A DNA stretch of 30,453 nt. Origin: a bacterium. Lineage in GTDB: Bacteria; SZUA-182; DTGQ01; JAFGSM01. This document shows positions 9,773 to 18,033 of this stretch, piece after piece. Numbering within the stretch: position 1 is the stretch's first letter; every line of letters starts with the position of its first letter. A model generated the notes under the pieces. The model was not told the origin of the DNA. It was given only the letters and a program-made list of their open reading frames with translations, and ran no database searches. The stretch is from contig JBLIRP010000047.1 of assembly GCA_049472355.1 (NCBI GenBank), positions 1-30,453 of the forward strand, read 5' to 3'. The translations under genes were made by a program, and so were the position numbers.

Positions 9773-9789
9773 TTCAAAAATTGTGCCAA
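9773..9789 (-). promoter_or_regulatory. Candidate sigma54 promoter for cytochrome c3
   Basis: Minus strand TTGGCAC-AATTT-TTGAA; correct -24/-12 spacing, with GA instead of GC at -12. Confidence 0.55.
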
Positions 9790-9980
9790 AACAAGGGGAA
9801 ATGCCGCCTTCTCCCCTGCGCTCAACCTGACTCCGTTGCCTACCATCTCGAGATCCGCTTTTTCCACACTTCATTCATAAGCGCACCTTCCTCCGTTCCC
9901 CATTTTCGATGCAACCGCCGGCCAGGTCTCGCCTGTTTTCAAGGACTACAACCGTTCAACCGTTCCTCTATGAAAATATT

Positions 9981-10102
9981 GTAACCGTTCACCGCATTTC
10001 CATATTCTCATGCAGGAGCGGAAGGCGACGTGGCAATCTTAAAACGACATTGCTTCGCTTTGCTCGCAATGACTTGCAATCTGAAATAGTGTGAACGGTC
10101 AC
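9981..10102. mobile_element. MITE-like non-autonomous element, 122 bp
   Basis: 12-bp terminal inverted repeats GTAACCGTTCAC / GTGAACGGTCAC (one mismatch), flanked by identical AAAATATT at 9973-9980 and 10103-10110; no transposase. Confidence 0.8.
10007..10073. repeat. Degenerate REP-like palindromic unit nested in the MITE
   Basis: GGAGCGGAAGGCGACGTGGCAATCT...ATTGCTTCGCTTTGCTCGCAATGAC resembles GTCATTGCGAG...CTCGCAATGAC-type intergenic palindromes; left arm decayed. Confidence 0.6.
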
Positions 10103-10388
10103 AAAATATTAACACATAGGCGCCTGTTCGGCCATAGGAGGCGCCGTGCTGTGTTTTTATCCCGGGTTGAATCATCTGGACGGATATAGGGCTGAGCAAA
10201 GGTTTATTCGCAAGGTCGAATAGAGCAGGTGAACGATTTGCGTGTGATCGAAAATCGAACCATACACCCTGTCCCTCTCTATTGCAAGGGAAACCCGGTT
10301 GCATATATGATTGAAGGGTGATGCAGGTATTGCAGCGATCCGCCGCAATCCGCATAAACGATGAATGGCCTCAGAGAAAGGAGAACCG

Positions 10389-13300
10389 ATGATACCGCAA
10401 AAGGGAGGAGGGTCCCGGAAGGGGCGCATCATCCGCATCATTGCCTATTCATTGCTCGCTGCCGGTGTTTGTCTTTTCCTGCTCGCCGCCGTCACCCCCA
10501 CCCTCCTTTCCCTCCGCCCTGTTCGCGGGGTAGTTCTTTCCATGGCCCAGGATGCCATCGAAGGCTCTCTGAATATTCAATCATGGTCCCTGGGGTGGTT
10601 TTCAGGCATCCAGGTGGAGGGCATCGAGTTTGATGACGGAAGGGGAACGACGGTGCGGGCGGCCCGAATGTCCATGTCCTCGGGACTCATTCGCCTATTG
10701 TGGAGCCCCAGGGACCTGGGCACCGTTCTCCTGATCGAACCCGATGCATCGGTACTGCTCCAAGGGCCCTCCGCCGAAAAGGAGGTCCACCGGAAGCCCC
10801 CCGGAGGTCTCCCTTTGGGCGGGCGTATAAAGGGGTTGTTCGTCATCCGTGACGGAAGGGTCGAGACAAGGACAGAGGGCGGGAAAAATCCCCTGCTGCT
10901 TGAAAAGATCAACGTGGACCTGGCGGTCAATGACCTGGACAAACCCATCACCCTCGATTTTACTGCAATGCAGGGGGGAACCAGCGGGCAGGTCCATGGA
11001 AATGCCGTGGCCGGGATATTCGCAACGGATGGATTTGACCCCAACAGGGCGCAGGGCAAGATCCGCATCGACCTGTCCGCATTCGACCTGGGGCCGGCAA
11101 GCGAGGTGGCCGGGTTCTTTGCACCCCTGCCGCAGATAAACGGAACAGTGGATTGCACCGTGTCCGCCGCAATCGAGGGGCTCGAACAGGTCTCCCTGGA
11201 CGGCCGCATACACCTTGCATCCCTGAACATGACCGGGGGCCCCCTGGGGGATGACACCCCCTCCTTCGATTCCATGCAGATCAATTTCAACGTGCTCAGG
11301 GATGGCCGAAACGTCCTGGTGAAGGGCTTCAACCTCGACGCCCCCTTTGCACATATCACGGCCGCAGGCGATCTCCGCGATGAAGGAGCGGCATATCCTG
11401 CAGGCACGGTTTCCGCCAAGGGGAACCTGGATATCGCGCGCATCCTTTCGGAGATCCCCCGGACCCTCAAGATAAAGAAGGGGATGCGCATGTCGAGCGG
11501 TGACCTCGACTTCACCACCGAGGCTTCCTCCTCCGGAGAAAAAATGGACCTTTCCGCGGATGCGGAGGTCTCGAACATACAAGGGATACAGGGGCAAAAG
11601 ACCTTCACCATCGAGGCACCCATCACCCTCTCCGCAAAGGCGGCAATGACGAGACAGGGGCCAATGCTTGAACGTATGACCCTTGCCTCGTCCTTTGCGA
11701 ATATGAGCGGCCAGGGGGACCCAAACGATGCGCAGGCGAGCATTGCGATCGACCTGGATACCCTCACGAGGGAGCTGGGAGCATTCGTCGACCTTGGGGC
11801 ATTTCGCGCATCAGGCTCCACAAACGCACACCTGCGCATGCAGGGTACGGGCAGGTACAACAAGACGTGCAGCGTCACCATGCTCTGCAAGAACCTCTCC
11901 CTCAAGGGAATCACCCCGAAACCGATTCGGCAGGATTCGGTTCAGGCAGACCTCTCGTTCCGGCTCGCCTTTACCGAGAGTGGTATGTTCATGGAGGAGG
12001 TTCATGACCTCAGCCTCAGGGTTGCTTCATCCGCTCTTTCGGCGGACATATTTGGAGACCGCCTTGCGATCACGGAAATGGGCCCATTGCTTCATAACGC
12101 CCGGGCACGAATGACGCTTGATATAGGGGAGGCGGCACACATAGCCGGGAACATCGGTCTCATGAAATCCGACGTCGATGCAAGGGGGACACTGCAATTT
12201 GAGTGCGTCGCCGGCATTTCAGCAAAGGATAGTATCAATGTGTCATCGGTTGCTGCGGACATAACAAACCTTCTCCTTGTTTCCGGCGCCACGGGAATAT
12301 CGGAGCCCTCCGTCACACTGAGGACCAAGGCCACGATCAACCCCTCCACCCGTGAGGCCACAATCCGGGACCTGACTGTGCGCCTTTCTGCAGGAACGCT
12401 CACCGTCCCGGAGGCGGAGATCCGGGATTGGAAGGCGCTGCCTTCCGGTTTAACGGGTGAGGCGTTGGCAGAGTTCAGCCTTGGCCCCCTCGTGTCCAGG
12501 TTCTTCTCACCCTCACCCCTACCAAAGGGGTCCTCCCTCTCGGGAAATATGACCTGCACCATCAAGGCCGCCCCGGAGGGGCCGCTGCAGCGCGTGGAGA
12601 TCGCGTCGGAGTTCTCGAACATACGATTCATCACCGCTGACAAACGGGTGATCCAGGAGGAATCGGCACAGGTAGGCCTGATTGCCGGGCTCAACGAAGC
12701 AGCGGACAACCTGATACTCGATGCCATCCGGATACAGACCCGCCCCCTGCAGATAACCGGCTCCGGGAAACTGACCGGCCTGGACACCACGAGGGACCTA
12801 TCAATGAGCGGGCAACTGGGGTGCGATTTTGCGCGCATGGGGGAGATCCTGGCCGCGCTATCCGATATACGCCTGGACATCGAGGGAACAAGCAACCGAA
12901 AATTTACCGCGGAAACCTCCCTTGCCGGAAAGACCTGGACCGATATCCTCAAAATGACGCGCGCCTCAGCCGGCCTCCGGATCGAACGGCTCAAGGCGTT
13001 CGGCATCGAGGCCCGCGATATGCAGGCACAGCTTTACGCCGAGGATTCCACGGCCCGGGTGGACCTCTCCACGAAGGTCAACGAAGGGGATCTTGCCGTT
13101 GTCCCTATTCTGGACCTCAGGGGTGAGAAACCCGTCCTGTTCGTAGCGAAGGATTCGAAGGTCCTTCAGAACGTGAGCCTTACGGATGAGATGGCCACCG
13201 AACTCCTTGCCCTGGTCCACCCCGTGTTTCGCGGGTGCGCGATCATGGGGGGGCGGTTGGGCCTGCTGCTCAAACAGTGCAGGGTCCCCCTGGACAAGAA

Positions 13301-13769
13301 CATGAAGCGGGACATGATGATCATCGGTGATATGGAGCTGAAGGGGGTGGAACTGGTGCCCTCCGGACTCCTGGGATCGCTCCTTGAAATCATCAGGCTG
13401 GAGCCGTCACCTGCGCGCATCCCGGATCAGACGATTTCCTTCATCTGCACAGACGGGCGTATACGGCCGTCACCGTTGACCATCCGATCAAGCGGCTATG
13501 AAATCATCCTCTCCGGCTCGGTAACCCTTGATGGGATCGTCGACTACGTGGCGGAGGTGCCGGTGACCGAAAAAATGGTGAGCCAGGATGTCTACAAATA
13601 CGTCAAGGATTCTCGGCTGAAGGTATCGATCGAGGGCCCGGCGGCAAGGCCCCGAATATCGAAAAAATCCCTGGATGAAACCCTGAGCGGTCTGGTGAAG
13701 GATGCGGCACGGAATCTGATCAAGGAAAAGGGCACGGAGATGCTCAAACAGTTGTTCAAGAGCCGGTAG
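10389..13769 (+). CDS. AsmA-like (TamB/AsmA superfamily) envelope protein
   Basis: Single N-terminal TM helix followed by over 1000 aa of amphipathic beta-strand pattern; C-terminal ILSGSVTLDGIVDY...IEGPAARPRI and a terminal amphipathic helix. AAGGAG RBS before ATG 10389 (alternative start 10365). Confidence 0.8.
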   Translation: MIPQKGGGSRKGRIIRIIAYSLLAAGVCLFLLAAVTPTLLSLRPVRGVVLSMAQDAIEGSLNIQSWSLGWFSGIQVEGIEFDDGRGTTVRAARMSMSSGLIRLLWSPRDLGTVLLIEPDASVLLQGPSAEKEVHRKPPGGLPLGGRIKGLFVIRDGRVETRTEGGKNPLLLEKINVDLAVNDLDKPITLDFTAMQGGTSGQVHGNAVAGIFATDGFDPNRAQGKIRIDLSAFDLGPASEVAGFFAPLPQINGTVDCTVSAAIEGLEQVSLDGRIHLASLNMTGGPLGDDTPSFDSMQINFNVLRDGRNVLVKGFNLDAPFAHITAAGDLRDEGAAYPAGTVSAKGNLDIARILSEIPRTLKIKKGMRMSSGDLDFTTEASSSGEKMDLSADAEVSNIQGIQGQKTFTIEAPITLSAKAAMTRQGPMLERMTLASSFANMSGQGDPNDAQASIAIDLDTLTRELGAFVDLGAFRASGSTNAHLRMQGTGRYNKTCSVTMLCKNLSLKGITPKPIRQDSVQADLSFRLAFTESGMFMEEVHDLSLRVASSALSADIFGDRLAITEMGPLLHNARARMTLDIGEAAHIAGNIGLMKSDVDARGTLQFECVAGISAKDSINVSSVAADITNLLLVSGATGISEPSVTLRTKATINPSTREATIRDLTVRLSAGTLTVPEAEIRDWKALPSGLTGEALAEFSLGPLVSRFFSPSPLPKGSSLSGNMTCTIKAAPEGPLQRVEIASEFSNIRFITADKRVIQEESAQVGLIAGLNEAADNLILDAIRIQTRPLQITGSGKLTGLDTTRDLSMSGQLGCDFARMGEILAALSDIRLDIEGTSNRKFTAETSLAGKTWTDILKMTRASAGLRIERLKAFGIEARDMQAQLYAEDSTARVDLSTKVNEGDLAVVPILDLRGEKPVLFVAKDSKVLQNVSLTDEMATELLALVHPVFRGCAIMGGRLGLLLKQCRVPLDKNMKRDMMIIGDMELKGVELVPSGLLGSLLEIIRLEPSPARIPDQTISFICTDGRIRPSPLTIRSSGYEIILSGSVTLDGIVDYVAEVPVTEKMVSQDVYKYVKDSRLKVSIEGPAARPRISKKSLDETLSGLVKDAARNLIKEKGTEMLKQLFKSR

Positions 13770-15882
13770 CAGGGACCTGCTGCCGCTCCTTGATGGCATT
13801 CAAGGCCCTTTCCGCCTCCTCCCGCACGGTGTCCAGCTTGGTGCGCACCATCTGCTCAAGCAGGCCCAGGGATTTGGACGTGCCCACGGCCCCCAGGGTA
13901 GCGCAGATCGCCGCGACGATCCCCCGGGACCTGCCGAACCTCATCCGGAAAAACCTGGTGAGCACATTGCCGCGATGCCTCCTGAGCGCCGTGAAAAGCG
14001 CCTCTTCCAGGTCCCGGTTTCCGCCAAGCTTGACGTTGCCCAGGGCGCCGAGGGTCTGGCATACATCCTTCTGGAGGGCCTCCATCGCTTCGGTGCCGTT
14101 GTCCATCATGAGAATGTCGAGCAGGGCGGGGACTGCATTTGGGCTTTTGGTCATCCGCACGCACCACACCGCCCTTCTTCGCACCCGGTCATCCTTGTGT
14201 TTCAGGGCCTCGATCACCTCGACATCCGCCTGTGAACAGCCAAGTTGTCCGACCAGGGTCAAGGCCTCTTCCTGCACCCTCGGATCGCTATGTATGAGGC
14301 AGCCCTTCATGAAATCGAGCAATTCCTGTGAAAAGGAAGGGGCATCGATCTCCTTGGCGATATCCACGCACGCAGCAAGTATTGTCTTGAGCAGCGATTC
14401 GGGAATCGCCCCCTCTTTGAATTTCAATACCAGGGAATCGAGCGCATCCGGACCGAAGGGGACCAGTGCGTCGCAGGCATTCTTGAGCACCCACTGATCC
14501 CTGCTCGAGGTGATCACCTCGAGAAGTATCTCCTTGCCCGGGTTGCCCAATGCAACCAGAATCCGGTTTATTTCCATGCGCTTCGGTTTGTCCGCCGCAA
14601 TATAGGCCTGTTGAAACCCCAGGGCGGTGATCCGCGCCCCGATCTCCTTCAATGCCTCAGCCGCCCATTCCGAACGGACGGTGCCTTCGGCGCGATGATT
14701 GTTCAAGGCATCAAGGATGAGCTGTAACTCCTTATACCTTTCCATTTTCACCAGATCAGGGGTGATTGCCTTGAATATCTGCCTGTATTGGTCGTATACG
14801 TCAGGGGTTTGGGTGTTGTTAAAATGCTGGATACAGCTTTCGGCGGCACCCAGGAATTTTGCCAGGATCTTTTCGATCTTGAATCGTAACTGCAGATGCT
14901 TTGGAAGTTCCTCAAGCCCGATTATCTGGCCCTCGTAGAGACTCTTCAAAAGGGCGCCGGTCTTTTCGCCGTCGTCATGTTCGGGGATCCGGAAACAGAG
15001 CCTCTTGATGATCGATCGGGCCCGGGAGCCCTGGGAAAGGGACGCACCTTCCGCATTATCACCATTCTGCCGGAGGATCTCCAGGCATACCTCCGAGATC
15101 AGGGATTCGGGTATATTGTCGATGATCTCCGGTTCGATCTCATCAAGCGATATCTGCTCGCCGGCGAGAAGATCGGCATTCATTATGAACTCGGCAAGCA
15201 ACGACGGCCTCACGATCGGCCTGATGATTTCCTTGATGAGCTGTTTTCGTATGTTCAGGAATTCCTCGGGGGCCATCTTCCGGAGTATGGGAATGATCGT
15301 TATATCCTTCTTGAAACGTGATATGGTCAACCACACCTGCCAGTGGAGGTTACGGTCCGCACCTACCACATCCTGATCAAAGAGATAGGAGACATGGGTT
15401 ATGGACTTCTCGCTCAGGGAATGGGTGAAATGGTCCATGGATTCATGGAGTTCCTTGATATCGTCCATGCTGGTATGGCTGAGGATCTCCATAAAGGCTA
15501 TGAATTCCTCCTCGGTGATCTCCTTTTTCAAGGTGAGGCTCACCAGGTTTTTTCTGCCCATGAATTCGGTGATTTTTGAAGAGAATACCCCTGCATTCGC
15601 CCCGGGAATGAGGTCATGCATCCTGAGCGGTTCGTCGACGATCCCCATGAGGAGGATCTCCTTCCCGGTTTCGGTCTGTTGCACCACGAAGGTCAGATCG
15701 TACCGGTTGGCAAAGAAATGGTTGAATTTCTCGGATAGACCTGTCTTTATCTTGGAGGACTCGGGGTGCGCCGGATCGTAATACCCGATCCGGAGAAGCG
15801 ACTGGATCAATTTGCTCAGAAAGTCGCCAAGCTCCACCCTCTTTTCCAGGACCACACGTTTTGATTCTGCCTGTGTCTCCAT
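13756..15882 (-). CDS. HEAT-repeat (alpha-solenoid) protein
   Basis: HEAT-like units HSDPRVQEEALTLVG, HKDDRVRRRAVWCV, DQWVLKNACDAL; GGGAGG RBS before ATG 15882; 3' end overlaps the convergent AsmA-like gene by 14 nt. Confidence 0.8.
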   Translation of the reverse strand: METQAESKRVVLEKRVELGDFLSKLIQSLLRIGYYDPAHPESSKIKTGLSEKFNHFFANRYDLTFVVQQTETGKEILLMGIVDEPLRMHDLIPGANAGVFSSKITEFMGRKNLVSLTLKKEITEEEFIAFMEILSHTSMDDIKELHESMDHFTHSLSEKSITHVSYLFDQDVVGADRNLHWQVWLTISRFKKDITIIPILRKMAPEEFLNIRKQLIKEIIRPIVRPSLLAEFIMNADLLAGEQISLDEIEPEIIDNIPESLISEVCLEILRQNGDNAEGASLSQGSRARSIIKRLCFRIPEHDDGEKTGALLKSLYEGQIIGLEELPKHLQLRFKIEKILAKFLGAAESCIQHFNNTQTPDVYDQYRQIFKAITPDLVKMERYKELQLILDALNNHRAEGTVRSEWAAEALKEIGARITALGFQQAYIAADKPKRMEINRILVALGNPGKEILLEVITSSRDQWVLKNACDALVPFGPDALDSLVLKFKEGAIPESLLKTILAACVDIAKEIDAPSFSQELLDFMKGCLIHSDPRVQEEALTLVGQLGCSQADVEVIEALKHKDDRVRRRAVWCVRMTKSPNAVPALLDILMMDNGTEAMEALQKDVCQTLGALGNVKLGGNRDLEEALFTALRRHRGNVLTRFFRMRFGRSRGIVAAICATLGAVGTSKSLGLLEQMVRTKLDTVREEAERALNAIKERQQVPATGS

Positions 15883-16202
15883 GTATGACCTCCCGATATA
15901 TGTCTCTGGTATATTTTTCGGAAAAAATGACCGAGATGGCCGGGCGATGATCGTTATCCGTATCAAGCGATGTTATCCGGCATTATTGCAGAGCAAGGTG
16001 ATGAAACAACGATGTTTAACCGGATCGACAAAAAGAAAGGGATACGATTATAATTTAATTAAGTCATGAAGAAAAACGCGGATGTTCGATGGTGAAAATC
16101 CTTCGCGACCAGACAAAATGTGCCGTGTAACAGCCGGAAAGCCAGTGCCTTAATCCTTGTCAACGTTCTCAGCAGGGGGAAGCGGCAGCCGTCAGGACAT
16201 TA

Positions 16203-17438
16203 CTATAGCGGCATGGACCGCAAGGCCGCGATGCGATCGAGGACCGGCGGATGGGTATAGCGCAGCACCACGTTCAATGGATGAGGGGTGAGATTTCCGA
16301 GGTTGGAAACCGCAAGGTTTTTCAGGGCCGAAACGATTCCCTCTATGGAACCGGTGGTTTGTGCAGCGAACGTATCCGCCTCCAACTCATGTTTGCGGGA
16401 AATATGGTTCATCAGAACTGAAATTACAAACTCCACCGGAAGATAGAGAAATGCAAAAAAGACGAACCCGGCATACACGGATGTCCGCTGCACCCCGAAT
16501 GCCTGGAAGAGCCTCAGGTTATCCATAAAAATGGAGAGCAGGTACAAAAATACGCCGGTGTGGAGGATGGCCCACACCATCCCCTTGACCACGTGCCGTT
16601 TCTTGTAGTGGCCCACCTCGTGCGCGATAACGGCAACGATCTCCTCGGGGGAATGCCGGTTGAGCAGGGTGTCGAAGAGCGCAATCCTCTTTTTATAGAG
16701 CCCGCTGAAATAGGCGTTGGAGTGCGCCGACCGCCGGGATCCGTCCATCACGCTGATCTCCTTGAGAGGAAAACGGACCCGTGCGGCGTACCGTTCAATG
16801 TCCCCCTTGAGCCCGCCCTCTTCAAGCGGGATAAAATCGTTGAACAGGGGTGCGATGACCATTGTATACAGGGGTTGGGCAATAAGTATGAAAATGGACA
16901 CAAAGGCCCATACATAAAGCCATGCAAGGGAGCCGGCCCGTTCAAAGATGAACTGCATTCCTCCCAGGATGATTGAACCCAGGATGCATACGAGGAGGTA
17001 CATCTTGGCCTTGTCGATAAAGAAGGTCCTGAGGGTCATGGTGTTGAATCCGAACCGTTCTTCGATCACGAAATGATTGTAGAGAGAGAACGGGATAGAG
17101 AAGACCTCGTAGATGAGAAAGAGGATCCCGAAGAAGATGAGACCTGCGATCGTAGTCGGGACGTCAAGCCCCCGGACGAACCGGTCCACGTAACTGAATC
17201 CGCCCGCCAGGATGAAGGTCAGCACAAAAACGAGGCTGAATGCCGATGAAATGCAGTCGAATTGCGCCTTGCTTCTGGTATATTGCTGGGACCTGGCATA
17301 GCGCTCGGGCTCATACATGCCCTTGAATTCATCGGGCAGGGTCATATCAAGGGATCTGATGCACAGAAAATCCCCGATGCACTCAACGACAAACCCGGCA
17401 ACAAGGGCAGCCAGAATGATTATGAGATATATGTTCAT
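16203..17438 (-). CDS. M48 family Ste24-like membrane zinc endopeptidase
   Basis: HEVGH zinc motif, DGSRRSAHSNAYFSG, IEERFGFN, SRKHELEADTFA, YTHPPVLDRI; multiple TM helices. Confidence 0.96.
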   Translation of the reverse strand: MNIYLIIILAALVAGFVVECIGDFLCIRSLDMTLPDEFKGMYEPERYARSQQYTRSKAQFDCISSAFSLVFVLTFILAGGFSYVDRFVRGLDVPTTIAGLIFFGILFLIYEVFSIPFSLYNHFVIEERFGFNTMTLRTFFIDKAKMYLLVCILGSIILGGMQFIFERAGSLAWLYVWAFVSIFILIAQPLYTMVIAPLFNDFIPLEEGGLKGDIERYAARVRFPLKEISVMDGSRRSAHSNAYFSGLYKKRIALFDTLLNRHSPEEIVAVIAHEVGHYKKRHVVKGMVWAILHTGVFLYLLSIFMDNLRLFQAFGVQRTSVYAGFVFFAFLYLPVEFVISVLMNHISRKHELEADTFAAQTTGSIEGIVSALKNLAVSNLGNLTPHPLNVVLRYTHPPVLDRIAALRSMPL

Positions 17439-17584
17439 TGGGTAACCGCGAAACCGTTTCGTCTTTCCTGTATGACGGCATATCGATTCCGTTTATTATG
17501 ATAGCATAGTCCTCCCCTGTTGTCTCCCCTTGCCGCATCGAGGACAACCGTTTACATCGTACACTGCCGGAAAATCGGCCTTTT

Positions 17585-17654
17585 CACCGCAAAGGACACG
17601 GAGTCTACAAAAAAGATCAACAGTCGCCCTCTCTTCTTTGTGAATCCTGCGGTG
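17585..17654. repeat. Decayed intergenic palindromic element
   Basis: CACCGCAAAGGACACGGAG ... CTTTGTGAATCCTGCGGTG imperfect inverted arms. Confidence 0.4.
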
Positions 17655-17827
17655 TATTTCAAAATCGCGCATTATGGCCGTATGAAGCATGATGAACTGC
17701 GCCATGGACTGAAGGCAGGCGTGTACGCAAGGCGCATACACAAAAAATCGTAACGATAGGGTGCCTTTTGGGGTCTATGAGGGTACTTTACGGCCAGGGG
17801 GGATGATAGCCTGCTATAGTGCGGAAT

Positions 17828-17857
17828 TTGCCTTTCCTGCATTGTTTGACCTATAAT
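17828..17857 (+). promoter_or_regulatory. Candidate sigma70 promoter for the Kazal gene
   Basis: TTGCCT-18 nt-TATAAT. Confidence 0.4.
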
Positions 17858-18033
17858 AGCACTGTTGTTCTCTCACAACACATATCCCTTGCCCCCCCGC
17901 AACAATTACCAGCATCCGGATTGTTTATCAAGGAGGTTCCATCGCATACACTAAGTCATGCATGTCTTATTGATCTCTTTTATTCGTATCTGTCATCACA
18001 TCCGAGCATTTCACCGCATAAGGAGGATACACC

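Noticed and set aside
13756..13769. 14-nt convergent overlap of AsmA-like and HEAT genes as a regulatory feature
   Set aside because: Short 3' overlaps are common and nothing further supports a function.
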